Shown here piece after piece: positions 22,797 to 34,426 of a stretch of DNA of 64,000 bases. The position numbers and the translations under genes are program-made. The notes below the pieces were generated by a model. That model saw only the letters and a list, made by a program, of their open reading frames with translations. It made no database searches and was not told the origin of the DNA. Source of the DNA: Motiliproteus sp. (GTDB lineage: Bacteria; Pseudomonadota; Gammaproteobacteria; Pseudomonadales; Balneatricaceae); assembly GCA_026196225.1 (NCBI GenBank), contig JAPHRD010000037.1, positions 6,855 to 70,854 of the forward strand, in the 5' to 3' direction. Position 1 is the stretch's first letter, and each line of letters starts with the position of its first letter.

Positions 22797-22891
22797 TGGG
22801 AAAATCAGTTCTAAAACCTAGGGAGCCTCCCAGATTCGGACCGAAATTATAGATCTTTGGCCTGATCAGTTCAAGATCAAAACCAGAAGTC

Positions 22892-22977
22892 TGGTGCAGA
22901 TGGGGAGACTCGAACTCCCACGTCCATAGGACACTACCCCCTCAAGGTAGCGCGTCTACCAATTCCGCCACATCTGC
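22892..22977 (-). tRNA. leuU: tRNA-Leu(GAG), type II with long variable arm, encoded CCA
   Basis: Hand-folded. Acceptor GCAGATG/CATCTGC, anticodon stem CTACC/GGTAG, loop TTGAGGG, T-arm GGGAG-TTCGAGT-CTCCC. Position after secG as in E. coli leuU. Confidence 0.93.
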
Positions 22978-23005
22978 AAAAAACTTGTGCCTAAAACTTC
23001 TCGAC

Positions 23006-23377
23006 TTACTCAGCCGGAGGAACATCACCATCAACAGCTGGCTTAGAAGACTCTTCCAATACAGGAGCTTCTTCTAGGGTTTTACCCACTTCCTCAACAA
23101 CTGGAGTAGGAATACCCTGATCGCCGATCGATTCTGCTTTCTGCTTGGCAAACACCGCCAAAGCAAAGCTGGTCAAAAAGATGCCCGTAGCGACAATGGC
23201 GGTTACACGACCAAGAACACTACCGGTTCCTTGACTACCGAACACTGTCTGCGACGCACCGCTTCCGAAAGCAGCACCGGCCTCAGCACCTTTACCCTGT
23301 TGCAACAACACCAACGCTACCAGCGCGACAGCCAGGATAACGTGTACAACAAGCACTAGAGTTTCTGTAATTTCCAT
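23006..23377 (-). CDS. secG: preprotein translocase subunit SecG
   Basis: 123 aa. Two TM with a G-rich loop (GKGAEAGAAFGSGASQTVFGSQG). Confidence 0.92.
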   Translation of the reverse strand: MEITETLVLVVHVILAVALVALVLLQQGKGAEAGAAFGSGASQTVFGSQGTGSVLGRVTAIVATGIFLTSFALAVFAKQKAESIGDQGIPTPVVEEVGKTLEEAPVLEESSKPAVDGDVPPAE

Positions 23378-23398
23378 TATCTACTTCGCCCTTGTCGT

Positions 23399-24154
23399 TC
23401 AGCCATTAGCCGACTGACAAATTGCTAAAAAATCATCTGCCTTCAACGAGGCACCACCTACCAAACCGCCATCGATATCTTGCATAGCAAACAGCGTTTC
23501 AGCATTGCCGGCGTTAACACTACCGCCGTATAAAATCTGCACCCGCTCAGCAACCTGAGCATTGGAATCAGCCACTTGCGCACGAATAGCTGCGTGAACC
23601 TCTTGCGCCTGCTCCGGAGTTGCTGTCTTACCAGTACCAATAGCCCAAACAGGCTCGTATGCGATTACCGCCTCAGCAAAAGCCTCGTTACCCAGCCTTG
23701 CTAATACCGCTCCAACCTGAGCAGCCACAACAGCCAAGGTTTCGCCCGCTTCGCGCTGCTCTAGAGTCTCGCCAACACAAAGTATCGGAGTCAGCCCAGC
23801 TGCTTTTGCAGCTTCAAACTTAGCAGCAACCAGAGCATTGTCCTCTCCATACAGGGTGCGACGCTCGGAGTGGCCGAGAATAGCATACCGACAACCCATA
23901 TCCAAAAGCATCGCCGGTGCTGTTTCACCGGTATAAGCGCCTGCTTCGTGCTCACTGCTGTTTTGCGAACCTAGACCAATAGCACTGCCATTCAGCAACC
24001 CTGCTACCTGATCAAGATAGATCGTCGGAGGGCACAAAACCATCTCCACCTGATCACTACCGCTGAAACCCTGAACTAACGCCGTAACCAATTGTTCGGC
24101 CTGCTCTTTCGAGCCGTTCATCTTCCAGTTTCCGGCAACTAGCAATCTACGCAT
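23399..24154 (-). CDS. tpiA: triose-phosphate isomerase
   Basis: AGNWKMNG, ILGHSERR, AYEPVWAIGTG. Confidence 0.97.
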   Translation of the reverse strand: MRRLLVAGNWKMNGSKEQAEQLVTALVQGFSGSDQVEMVLCPPTIYLDQVAGLLNGSAIGLGSQNSSEHEAGAYTGETAPAMLLDMGCRYAILGHSERRTLYGEDNALVAAKFEAAKAAGLTPILCVGETLEQREAGETLAVVAAQVGAVLARLGNEAFAEAVIAYEPVWAIGTGKTATPEQAQEVHAAIRAQVADSNAQVAERVQILYGGSVNAGNAETLFAMQDIDGGLVGGASLKADDFLAICQSANG

Positions 24155-24229
24155 GGAGTCCTCCCAGTTCGCAAGCGGAGCGGAATACTAAACAAGTTAA
24201 TTGCAAGATACAAGACCTGCTAGGGGTAT

Positions 24230-25567
24230 TTATCGGATCGCTGCTTCAACAACGCCCGCTAACTCTTTGGTCAGCGTTTCGACCAGAGCGTCATCTTCGC
24301 CTTCTACCATCACTCGCACCACAGGTTCGGTACCAGACGGACGCAACAATACCCGACCACGCCCCTGTAACCGTTCCTCCACAGAGCGCACGCCCTCCTG
24401 CACTTTCGGTAGGCGAGTAGGATCCATCTTCTCCTTCAACCGCACGTTGATCATGGTCTGAGGTAGCTTGTTCATTTGCTGCTTCAGCTCAGACAGCGAT
24501 AGACCTTTGTCCACTAGCACATGAAGAACCTGAAGCGCAGCCACAATACCGTCACCGGTAGAGATAACGTTGCGACAGATAATATGACCCGACGATTCAC
24601 CACCGATCTGCCAATCATTCTTGATTAATTCTTCCAGCACATAGCGATCGCCAACGTTAGCGCGAACAAATGGAATGCCCTTATCTTTGAGCGCCAACTC
24701 CATGCCAAAATTACTCATGAGGGTACCGACAACACCACCTTCCAGTTTTCCAGCCGACTTCATCGCCATCGCCAGAATCAGGATCAGCTCATCACCATCG
24801 ACCACTTCGCCCTTGTGATCGACCATCACCACCCGATCACCATCACCATCAAAGGCGATTCCCAGGTCAGCCTGCTCGGCGACAACAATCTTCTGCAACG
24901 CCTTGGCATCGGTGGCACCACAGGCCTCATTAATATTGGTGCCATTGGGTGCCGCACCAATCTCCAGCACTTCAGCACCCAATTCAGAGAATACCTTCGG
25001 GGCGATATGGTAGGTTGCGCCGTTGGCACAATCCAATACGATCTTCAATCCCTTGAAACTCATGTAACGAGGGATGGTTCCTTTACAAAATTCGATATAA
25101 CGTCCGGCCGCATCCTCAACACGACGAGCTTTACCCAGCTCCGCCGAAGTTACCGTCGTCATGGCGATATCCATCTGCGCCTCGATAGCGGACTCGATCT
25201 CATCGGGCAGCTTGGTACCGTTAGCAGAGAAAAATTTAATGCCGTTGTCTTGAAATGGATTGTGAGAAGCACTGATGACGATACCGGCATCAGCACGGAA
25301 TGTCCGAGTCAAATAGGCGATCGCAGGTGTCGGCATAGGCCCCAACATCAGCGAATCCACCCCTGCTGCAGAAAGCCCCGCTTCCAGAGCGGCCTCAAAC
25401 ATATAACCGGAGATGCGAGTATCTTTACCAATCAGAATTTTACTACGGCCCTTACGGGCGAAAACCTTGCCAGCAGCCCAACCTAACTTCAATACAAAAT
25501 CGGGCGTTACCGGGTACTTACCTACCTCGCCACGAATACCATCGGTTCCGAAATACTTTCTAGTCAC
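24230..25567 (-). CDS. glmM: phosphoglucosamine mutase
   Basis: YFGTDGIRG, the SASHNP phosphoserine loop, FDGDGDR. Confidence 0.97.
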   Translation of the reverse strand: MTRKYFGTDGIRGEVGKYPVTPDFVLKLGWAAGKVFARKGRSKILIGKDTRISGYMFEAALEAGLSAAGVDSLMLGPMPTPAIAYLTRTFRADAGIVISASHNPFQDNGIKFFSANGTKLPDEIESAIEAQMDIAMTTVTSAELGKARRVEDAAGRYIEFCKGTIPRYMSFKGLKIVLDCANGATYHIAPKVFSELGAEVLEIGAAPNGTNINEACGATDAKALQKIVVAEQADLGIAFDGDGDRVVMVDHKGEVVDGDELILILAMAMKSAGKLEGGVVGTLMSNFGMELALKDKGIPFVRANVGDRYVLEELIKNDWQIGGESSGHIICRNVISTGDGIVAALQVLHVLVDKGLSLSELKQQMNKLPQTMINVRLKEKMDPTRLPKVQEGVRSVEERLQGRGRVLLRPSGTEPVVRVMVEGEDDALVETLTKELAGVVEAAIR

Positions 25568-25621
25568 GCTGATTACACTCCCTATAACACTAATGTCGAC
25601 ACTTATCAGAGCCGTCGACCA

Positions 25622-26497
25622 TCATTCACCCGTTTCGTTGACTACTGCTACCGCCATATTAACCGCATCACAGGTTGCTGCAACATCATGCACACGAATT
25701 ACCCAGGCACCATTGGCCACCGCCAGCACCGCGGTGGCCAGACTACCATAAAGTCGCTCATCAACGGTGCGATTCAAGACCTGTCCAATCATACTTTTTC
25801 GGGAGGCACCCACCAACAGTGGATATCCCAGCCGAGCTAACTGCGACAACCGATTCAGAAGTTGCAAATTGTGCTGCAATGTTTTGCCAAAACCAAAACC
25901 TGGATCCAACAAAATTCGCGATCTGTCCACACCTGCATCGATACAAACATCAGCGCGAGCCTTCAGATAATCTGCTACTTCAGACATCACATCAAAATAG
26001 CGTGGGTCGTTCTGCATGGAATCGGGCTGACCCTGCATATGCATCAGACAGATTGGCAACCCCGTTTCGGCAGCAGCTTGTACCGCCCCATCCCGCTCCA
26101 ACGCCCGAACATCATTAAGCATGCCGCATCCAGCTTTGGCTGCTTCGGTCATTACTTGGGGGGAACTGCTATCGACCGATATCACCACATCCAGTTCGGA
26201 GGCGATTATCTCGACCGCCGGAACAACCCGATCCAGCTCTTGCTGCACCGACACAGACTCGGCACCTGGGCGGGTCGACTCACCCCCCACATCCAAGATG
26301 GTTGCACCGGCAGTAACCATCGCTTCAGCTCTGCGCAGCAGACTCTGACAATCGAGGCCACCACCCTGAAGCAGTTGCCCACCATCAGAAAACGAATCCG
26401 GGGTTACATTCAGGATACCCATCACCTGCGGCCTATCCAACGACAACGGATGACGCCCGAATTGAATTACTCGTTCAGCCAAGGAACTTCCTTTCAT
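25622..26497 (-). CDS. folP: dihydropteroate synthase
   Basis: MGILNVTPDSFSDGG, ILDVGGESTRPG. Confidence 0.95.
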   Translation of the reverse strand: MKGSSLAERVIQFGRHPLSLDRPQVMGILNVTPDSFSDGGQLLQGGGLDCQSLLRRAEAMVTAGATILDVGGESTRPGAESVSVQQELDRVVPAVEIIASELDVVISVDSSSPQVMTEAAKAGCGMLNDVRALERDGAVQAAAETGLPICLMHMQGQPDSMQNDPRYFDVMSEVADYLKARADVCIDAGVDRSRILLDPGFGFGKTLQHNLQLLNRLSQLARLGYPLLVGASRKSMIGQVLNRTVDERLYGSLATAVLAVANGAWVIRVHDVAATCDAVNMAVAVVNETGE

Positions 26498-26521
26498 AAC
26501 AGATTAGTAGATAGTTCTCAT

Positions 26522-26550
26522 AAAAAAGGCCGACCCAAAGGTCAGCCTTT
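26522..26550 (-). terminator. rho-independent terminator after ftsH
   Basis: Minus strand: GGCTGACC-TTTG-GGTCGGCCTTTTTT (one G-U pair). Confidence 0.75.
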
Positions 26551-26569
26551 CATCGTACTTATCGACATA

Positions 26570-28558
26570 TTAGTGAAGTGGCTTATCGGTTGCGTCCGCA
26601 TCCGAATCGAATTCATCTCCACTATCATCTGATACATCATCAGAGACGTCGCCTTGCTGCTCTGCTGATTCTGGTTCTTCGGCTGTTTCTTGCTGCTGAG
26701 CGCCACCGGCACCATTTTCATCACTGTCGGACCAACCATCGGGCTCACGAACCTCACGACGTTCCATCAGATCATCGATCTGACTGGCATCAATAGTTTC
26801 GTACTTCATCAGCGTTTCAGTCATCGTCTCGAGAATATCTCGATTATCCTCTAGAAGTTGCTTCGCGCGGCTATAGCAGTCATCAATGATAGTGCGAATC
26901 TCTTCGTCGATCTTCTTAACCGTATCTCCGGCAAGCCCTTTACCAGCGGCACCAGGACCACGACCCCATGGATCAGCATCCTCATCATCATACAGCAATG
27001 GCCCCAGGTTATCGGACAGCCCCCACTTGGTAACCATGTTACGGGCCAACTGGGTAGCACGCTGGATATCGTTGGAGGCACCTGTGGTCACACCCGCAGC
27101 GCCCAAGGTCATCTCTTCGGCGATACGACCACCGTAGAGACTACAAATCTGACTCAGGATGGCTTGTTTGCTATGACTGTAACGATCCTCTTCAGGAAGG
27201 AACATCGTCACACCCAAGGCACGACCGCGAGGAATGATAGACACTTTGTAAACCGGATCATGATCAGGTACTAAACGACCAACAATGGCGTGTCCAGATT
27301 CATGATAAGCAGTGTTCAAACGTTCGGCATGGGACATCACCATGGAACGCCGCTCAGCTCCCATCATAACCTTGTCTTTAGCTTTCTCGAACTGCTCCAT
27401 ACCAACCACGCGCTTGTTTTCGCGTGCGGCAAAGAGTGCCGCTTCGTTAACCAGGTTAGCCAGATCCGCACCGGAAAAACCAGGCGTACCTCGGGCGATC
27501 AGATCGGGCTTAACGTCATCTCCTAACGGAATCTTGCGCATGTGAACCTTAACGATCTGTTCACGCCCGCGAATATCGGGAAGACCAACCACCACTTGAC
27601 GATCGAAACGACCAGGACGCAGCAGAGCTTTATCCAGCACGTCAGGACGGTTAGTTGCGGCGATCACAATAATACCCTCGTTACCTTCGAAACCGTCCAT
27701 CTCAACCAGCAATTGGTTCAGCGTTTGTTCACGTTCATCGTTACCGCCGCCCATGCCAGCACCACGGTGACGACCAACCGCATCGATCTCATCGATAAAG
27801 ATAATGCAGGGAGCCTGTTTCTTGGCCTGTTCGAACATATCTCGAACCCGTGAAGCACCAACACCCACAAACATCTCAACAAAATCGGAACCTGAGATTG
27901 AGAAGAAAGGCACTTTGGCTTCACCGGCAATGGCTTTTGCCAGTAGGGTTTTACCGGTACCCGGCGAGCCGGACATCAATACACCTTTGGGGATATGACC
28001 ACCCAGGCGAAGGAATTTGCCAGGATCTTTCAGGAACTCCACCAGCTCCTGAACTTCCTCTTTAGCTTCTTCAACACCTGCCACATCGGCAAAGGTAGTT
28101 TTAATTTGGTCTTCGCTCAGCAACCGCGCCTTGCTCTTTCCGAAAGACATGGGGCCGCCCTTACCACCGGCGCCACCCTGCATCTGCCGCATAAAGAACA
28201 TAAACACGGCAATAATGACCAGAATCGGGAAGCTGGCAACCAGCAACTGACTCCAAATACTTTGTTGTTCTGGCTGCTTACCCTCAATCACAACACCATG
28301 GTTGTAAAGGTCATCTACCAGCTTAGGGTCCTGTAGCGCGGGACGAACTGTCTCAAACTGCTCGCCGCCTTGAAGCTCGCCCTTAATGGTGTAGCCATCA
28401 ACCAGCACGCTGGTTACCTGGTCATCCCTTACCTTCTCGATAAACTGGGAATAGCTCAGTTTGTTCGCTTCCACCTCGGTGTTGAAGTTGTTGAATACCG
28501 TCAACAACACTGCAGCTATTACCAGCCACAGCACCAGGTTCTTTGCCATATCGTTCAA
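26570..28558 (-). CDS. ftsH: ATP-dependent zinc metalloprotease FtsH
   Basis: [13 protein letters not shown] Walker A, AAA SRH region, YHESGHAIV zinc site, and an acidic D/E/S tail. Confidence 0.97.
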   Translation of the reverse strand: MNDMAKNLVLWLVIAAVLLTVFNNFNTEVEANKLSYSQFIEKVRDDQVTSVLVDGYTIKGELQGGEQFETVRPALQDPKLVDDLYNHGVVIEGKQPEQQSIWSQLLVASFPILVIIAVFMFFMRQMQGGAGGKGGPMSFGKSKARLLSEDQIKTTFADVAGVEEAKEEVQELVEFLKDPGKFLRLGGHIPKGVLMSGSPGTGKTLLAKAIAGEAKVPFFSISGSDFVEMFVGVGASRVRDMFEQAKKQAPCIIFIDEIDAVGRHRGAGMGGGNDEREQTLNQLLVEMDGFEGNEGIIVIAATNRPDVLDKALLRPGRFDRQVVVGLPDIRGREQIVKVHMRKIPLGDDVKPDLIARGTPGFSGADLANLVNEAALFAARENKRVVGMEQFEKAKDKVMMGAERRSMVMSHAERLNTAYHESGHAIVGRLVPDHDPVYKVSIIPRGRALGVTMFLPEEDRYSHSKQAILSQICSLYGGRIAEEMTLGAAGVTTGASNDIQRATQLARNMVTKWGLSDNLGPLLYDDEDADPWGRGPGAAGKGLAGDTVKKIDEEIRTIIDDCYSRAKQLLEDNRDILETMTETLMKYETIDASQIDDLMERREVREPDGWSDSDENGAGGAQQQETAEEPESAEQQGDVSDDVSDDSGDEFDSDADATDKPLH

Positions 28559-28635
28559 GAGATGTACCTCTGCAACCTCATCATGGTTGGTGATCGGAAT
28601 AATTAACCGACCACCCTTTGTAGCTCTGCTGCGGC

Positions 28636-29265
28636 TTAACCTTTAAAACCGCGACAGAGCTGATAAATTTCTCGGGATCGCGCCCGAGAGGATTCAGGTT
28701 TTCGTGACTGCACCTTGGTGAAGCTCTGCCTCATCTCGGATAACAGTGAATCAAACCCTTCTCCTTGAAATACTTTAGCCAAAAAGATCCCGTTTGGCTT
28801 TAAAACCTGGCGAGACAGATCAAGCGCCAATTCGACCAAATAGATAGCCTTGGGCTGGTCAACTGCCGCCATACCACTCATATTGGGGGCCATATCCGAA
28901 ATTACAAGATCTACCGGACGACCATCTACTGCATCCAGTATCGCTTCATAGACAGATTCTTCGGTGAAATCACCCTGTACGAAGGTAACACCGGCCATCG
29001 AATCCATCGGCAATATATCCGATGCCACAACCACGCCTTGATCTCCGACCTGCTGAGCCGCCACCTGCGACCAGCCTCCCGGCGCAGCACCAAGATCCAC
29101 AACCGTCATACCAGGACGAAACAACTTATCCTTCTGATCTAGTTCCAACAGTTTAAAACTGGCTCTGGACCGGTATCCCTCATCCTTGGCCTTTTGGACA
29201 TAGTGGTCGTCGAAATGTTCCTTTAACCAACGCCCACTGCTTTTTGATCGCGCCAACTTTGTCAC
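28636..29265 (-). CDS. rlmE: 23S rRNA (uridine2552-2'-O)-methyltransferase
   Basis: WLKEHFDD..., [13 protein letters not shown]. Position upstream of ftsH. Confidence 0.95.
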   Translation of the reverse strand: MTKLARSKSSGRWLKEHFDDHYVQKAKDEGYRSRASFKLLELDQKDKLFRPGMTVVDLGAAPGGWSQVAAQQVGDQGVVVASDILPMDSMAGVTFVQGDFTEESVYEAILDAVDGRPVDLVISDMAPNMSGMAAVDQPKAIYLVELALDLSRQVLKPNGIFLAKVFQGEGFDSLLSEMRQSFTKVQSRKPESSRARSREIYQLCRGFKG

Positions 29266-29424
29266 TCAACTAAAAAACGTTACCAATACCGGGTTAATCC
29301 GCTTCATGGAAGCGCCCAACCTCAATCCTGCGCTACTCTATAAAGAGCAACTAAGGTAAAATCTCTCGCCATTGAGAATCCAGCCGCACAGCCGGCTCCC
29401 CAGCAAAAGGTCAACCATTCTATT

Positions 29425-29727
29425 ATGAGCTTAACAGCCTCGCAAAAAAAACAGTACCGGACTATCGGCCACTCCCTTAATCCAATTGTCACCGTCGCAG
29501 GGAATGGACTTAGCGAAGGAGTACAACTGGAAGTTGACCGTGCTCTGGAAGATCACGAGCTTATCAAGGTGAAGTTCAACGTTGGCGACCGTGACGTCAA
29601 AAAAGTACTGATCGCCGAACTTTGCGAGCAAGTACAGGCTGAAGTAGTCCAACAGATCGGCAATATTGCCCTGATCTACCGGGAATCGGATAATCCCGAC
29701 CCCAACCTTTCCAACTTGCTACGCTGA
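29425..29727 (+). CDS. yhbY: CRM-domain RNA-binding protein YhbY
   Basis: 100 aa. HSLNPIVTVAGNGLSEGV...HELIKVKF. Divergent from rlmE. Confidence 0.9.
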   Translation: MSLTASQKKQYRTIGHSLNPIVTVAGNGLSEGVQLEVDRALEDHELIKVKFNVGDRDVKKVLIAELCEQVQAEVVQQIGNIALIYRESDNPDPNLSNLLR

Positions 29728-29745
29728 AACCTGACTGACACCTTA

Positions 29746-29773
29746 CTGAGGGGTGGGTATTTCCACCCCTCAG
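29746..29773. terminator. 11-bp GC-rich hairpin between convergent yhbY and the DUF3012 gene (no U-tract)
   Basis: CTGAGGGGTGG-GTATTT-CCACCCCTCAG. Confidence 0.45.
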
Positions 29774-29793
29774 CATCCGCGCGCAAAGACTTT

Positions 29794-29967
29794 CTACTTA
29801 AACACGCAGTGCTTGGCAAAATCGGCCGCCTCATTGGTGGTCCAATCCCCCTTAGGCTTAGCTTTCATATCCTGACACCAGCCGTCGCTTCCTACTTCCG
29901 GAGAACATCCAGCCAGCACAAAAGAAAACACCAGCACCGACATCGCCAACATTATTCTACTTTTCAT
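29794..29967 (-). CDS. DUF3012-like small lipoprotein
   Basis: Start at MKSRIM. Lipobox VLAGCS, then GSDGWCQDMKAKPKGDWTTNEAADFAKHC. Confidence 0.6.
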   Translation of the reverse strand: MKSRIMLAMSVLVFSFVLAGCSPEVGSDGWCQDMKAKPKGDWTTNEAADFAKHCVFK

Positions 29968-30117
29968 TTCTGTCACTCCTGTATCAACCAACATCACCCC
30001 ACAAGACTGGGAATTGGGAAAGGTTTTACACTGCTCGGATTTAAATCACCACACTTTCACACTCAATAAGACCCAGATTAAAACCCCAAATTTATTAGGG
30101 ATGAGCCTGAATCCTAG

Positions 30118-31347
<1,230 letters not shown>

Positions 31348-31348
31348 A

Positions 31349-32203
31349 ATGCAGATGTTTGAATATCTACAGTGCCCGCTCTGCCGCCAGCCTCTACAGC
31401 TAACGGATCGAACCTTGCGTTGTGAAAACAACCATTGTTTTGATCAGGCTCGTCAAGGGTATTTCCATCTACTGCCAGTACAGAACAAGCGCTCACGCTT
31501 GCCGGGAGACAATGCAGAAATGGTTCGAAATCGCCGCAGCTTTTTGGAGCGCGGCCATTATCAACCTATTGCTGAGGCAGTTACCGCCCTGGTATCAACC
31601 CATCTTGCAAAAGAGGGAATAAAAGATAACAAAAATAGCATCCTGGACTGCGGTTGTGGCGAGGGATACTACACTCAACATCTCGCTGAAAATCTGCCTG
31701 ATGGCTGCCAGCTGATCGGCGTCGATATCTCTAAAGACGCCGTTAAAGCCGCCTGCCAACGCAACCGTCAGATGACATGGATCGTCGCCTCAGGGGCCCA
31801 TATCCCAGCTGCAGACAACAGCGTTGACGTACTAACCTGCCTGTTTACACCTCTCGCCCTTGAGGAGTTCCAGCGGGTACTCAAACCTGGCGGCCTGTTA
31901 CTGATCGCCAGCACCGGACCAAACCACCTGATGCAATTACGGGATCTGATCTATGAGGAGGTAAAGCAAAACTTCTTTGACCCGGAACCCGGGCTGCGTG
32001 CTGTATTCAAAAACGCCCACATATACAATCAACACCTGGAGTTTGCATTCCAACTCGACAGCAATCCAGAGATTCAGCAATTATTGGCGATGACACCACA
32101 CCAATGGCGCGCTTCTGCCGAAGCCCGGCAGCGACTTGAACAGCAAACTGAACTGGCGGTCAACGCCGATATTTACCTGCACTGTGTTGAGCTATCGAGA
32201 TAA
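31349..32203 (+). CDS. rlmA: 23S rRNA (guanine745-N1)-methyltransferase
   Basis: Start at ATG 31349 (MQMFEYLQCPLCRQPL zinc motif). LLPVQNKRS, LDCGCGEGYY. The upstream 61 codons of the track ORF overlap dapE and were discarded. Confidence 0.85.
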   Translation: MQMFEYLQCPLCRQPLQLTDRTLRCENNHCFDQARQGYFHLLPVQNKRSRLPGDNAEMVRNRRSFLERGHYQPIAEAVTALVSTHLAKEGIKDNKNSILDCGCGEGYYTQHLAENLPDGCQLIGVDISKDAVKAACQRNRQMTWIVASGAHIPAADNSVDVLTCLFTPLALEEFQRVLKPGGLLLIASTGPNHLMQLRDLIYEEVKQNFFDPEPGLRAVFKNAHIYNQHLEFAFQLDSNPEIQQLLAMTPHQWRASAEARQRLEQQTELAVNADIYLHCVELSR

Positions 32204-32206
32204 CAC

Positions 32207-32479
32207 ATGCACTGGCTGAAAAAACGATTACTGGAACAAGCAGGGAAAGAACGCCAAAACCTAACCCTGTTACTGACCGGCGCCAGCATCTTTTTTCTCG
32301 GTATCGGCCTGGTGTTCTATTCCGAGCACTTTTTTTTCAGCTCTTTAAAACAGGAACTCACCGCCCTCGCAGGACTGGCGTTTGCGACAATAGGCGCTAT
32401 ACTCGCCGCTACCGGCTATATAAGCCTAAGCGTCCTGAGAATCTTCAAAATTATCAATGATGACAAAGACCAATCCTGA
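32207..32479 (+). CDS. small 2-TM membrane protein, unknown function
   Basis: 90 aa with two hydrophobic helices. Starts 3 nt after rlmA. Confidence 0.45.
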   Translation: MHWLKKRLLEQAGKERQNLTLLLTGASIFFLGIGLVFYSEHFFFSSLKQELTALAGLAFATIGAILAATGYISLSVLRIFKIINDDKDQS

Positions 32480-32852
32480 GCAGCGCCACCCAGATATTGA
32501 AATCTACTTGAAAGCCATAACGGCCTCTGAAGTCGAGGCATGGCTAAAAAAACGGTTTTCAATCGTTAGCGCTCTAAAACAGAAACAACAGGTTTCTTAT
32601 TTTCAGGTCGAGAATGACGGCAACCGCATACCCGTGATGGTGATAGAAAAAGCAGCCAAACTCTACACCAGCGTACTTTTCGAATCCGACCAAACTCCCT
32701 GGGTTCAGGATATCGACTGCGCACGGGAAGCTTTCAATCACTTCAATCAGGAGGTTCGTTGTATTGCTTCAGGCTGGAATGAGGGCGACGAGCCCGATGA
32801 GTGGTATTCAATCAGTGATCGGGGTGAAGAGAAAATTCTCTGGCGACTTTAG
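32457..32852 (+). CDS. hypothetical protein
   Basis: 131 aa. Overlaps the previous ORF by 23 nt. No motif recognised. Confidence 0.45.
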   Translation: MMTKTNPEQRHPDIEIYLKAITASEVEAWLKKRFSIVSALKQKQQVSYFQVENDGNRIPVMVIEKAAKLYTSVLFESDQTPWVQDIDCAREAFNHFNQEVRCIASGWNEGDEPDEWYSISDRGEEKILWRL

Positions 32853-32871
32853 CGGTGAATGCTGCATCAAC

Positions 32872-33300
32872 CTAAGCCGCGACACTTAAGCGCGACTGCT
32901 TAACCTCATCCACCATACCGTAATGCTTGGCCAGCACGGCAGCCTGACTGAAGGCCATGCCCTCTTCATCGTTATTGGGCAGCGGCTGTAACTGTCTGCC
33001 CTGCAACGGCACAGTTTCCAACCAGCTCAGCATCAGATGAAGATCCCCCCAATTACCTTCTTTAAGAGATTGATTTAGACGACCAACCACCTCGGCGTCG
33101 TAAAGCTGACTGCGACCACTTAGGGGGTCCGGCAGATCAATCTTTTCAGACTCATCGCCGAGCTTGTGCGCCAAAGTCTGCGATTCCGATATCATACTCA
33201 GCATCAGCGCAAAGCGAGCACCACCAGTCTCCTGAACCGCATGGCTCAGCCCAGCTGTCAGTGCATCTATTCGGGCATGTACTACTTCGCTGGTTTTCAT
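32872..33300 (-). CDS. hypothetical protein
   Basis: 142 aa with core-like composition. No motif recognised. Confidence 0.45.
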   Translation of the reverse strand: MKTSEVVHARIDALTAGLSHAVQETGGARFALMLSMISESQTLAHKLGDESEKIDLPDPLSGRSQLYDAEVVGRLNQSLKEGNWGDLHLMLSWLETVPLQGRQLQPLPNNDEEGMAFSQAAVLAKHYGMVDEVKQSRLSVAA

Positions 33301-33451
33301 CGAAAGTCCTGGAAAATGATAGATGTAGGATCGGCTACAACCACCAATTCTTTAGCCAAACCCGTCTGGTTTTTGGCATATTTCTTAGCCTTAGATAGCC
33401 ATTCTGGAGTAAAATTCCTGTTTGACCCACCCCTCCTTGGAGTACCGCTCG

Positions 33452-33661
33452 ATGGGACGCTATCGCCCTCCTCAACCACCCAAATCGAATTACATCACCA
33501 GCAACGGCGAAAAGACTCTTCGCGAAGAACTCAAGTATCTGTGGAAGGTAAAGCGACCGGAGGTTACCCAAGCTGTGCAGGAAGCTGCCGCCCAGGGAGA
33601 CCGCTCAGAGAACGCCGAATGGTGTAAGAAACCCCTCAAAGCATACTATTTCACGCGCTAG
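33452..33661 (+). pseudogene. greB: greB, 5' fragment only (transcript cleavage factor GreB truncated after about 57 codons)
   Basis: MGRYRPPQPPKSNYITSNGEKTLREELKYLWKVKRPEVTQAVQEAAAQGDRSENAE matches the Gre N-terminal coiled-coil through the GDRSENA motif. It then diverges (WCKKPLKAYYFTR*) exactly where AT-rich DNA begins. No Gre C-terminal domain was found in any frame. Confidence 0.8.
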
Positions 33662-33715
33662 CACTAATAATAAAGCCATACACAATAGTACGAATACTAT
33701 TTACCTGTACTATTT
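33644..33715. repeat. cluster of TACTATT(T) motifs at the island's left junction
   Basis: Direct copies at 33644-33651, 33695-33702 and 33708-33715. An inverted 7-mer AATAGTA at 33684-33690 forms AATAGTA-cgaa-TACTATT. Confidence 0.7.
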
Positions 33716-33769
33716 AAAACTCTCTCACTACAACCATAGACCCTGTTCTACGCACCACACCCGCTTTAT

Positions 33770-34426
33770 TTATGTCCGTATCAAGCGAAGATGACTAATC
33801 TCATTACTGAAAGAAAACAACGTGTGCGGCTTGATATCTTCTGTCACCTCGCTATCAGGAATGAGCCTAGTCATGATAGGAATAGTCCCATAAGGGTACC
33901 CATATTCATAATCCTCAGGATTGAGGTCAATTCTCCTAAGTACATAATCAACAACTATATGATAACTAACTTCCCGGTGGTCTAGCTTCTTTCTTTTTAC
34001 CTTATTTTTCATCAACACCATTTTCTCATGGAAAGAACCATCAACATAACTAAAAAAAGCTCTAACGAAATCCTCTGATATATCAATAACCGAATCCAGG
34101 TCATAAACGGACCTCATTATAGTCAGCATGTCTTTTTTCATGACACAAGCACCAACAGGAAAAAGCAATCCAACCAACTCTTTCCGCGATTCTGGCAAAA
34201 CGCTTTCCTCTAGAAAAGATTTTGAAACATATCCCCAGTCTAAATAATCAGAACCAATTTTAGGTATAGGATCAGGCCTGCAACGCTCTCTTGCATCATA
34301 TATTTGCATAGCAGCATCTAACGGCAAATAGCGAGCCAACAAAGCCCCAAAGCTTATATCGCAATACTTTGATAAAAACATAGAAAAACCAATAAAAATA
34401 AACACGAAAACTATAAATCCCTGCAA
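33770..34426 (-). CDS. hypothetical N-terminally membrane-anchored protein (orphan)
   Basis: 218 aa. One N-terminal hydrophobic helix (FIVFVFIFIGFSMFL). AT-rich. Overlaps the upstream gene by 16 nt. No motif recognised. Confidence 0.6.
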   Translation of the reverse strand: MQGFIVFVFIFIGFSMFLSKYCDISFGALLARYLPLDAAMQIYDARERCRPDPIPKIGSDYLDWGYVSKSFLEESVLPESRKELVGLLFPVGACVMKKDMLTIMRSVYDLDSVIDISEDFVRAFFSYVDGSFHEKMVLMKNKVKRKKLDHREVSYHIVVDYVLRRIDLNPEDYEYGYPYGTIPIMTRLIPDSEVTEDIKPHTLFSFSNEISHLRLIRT

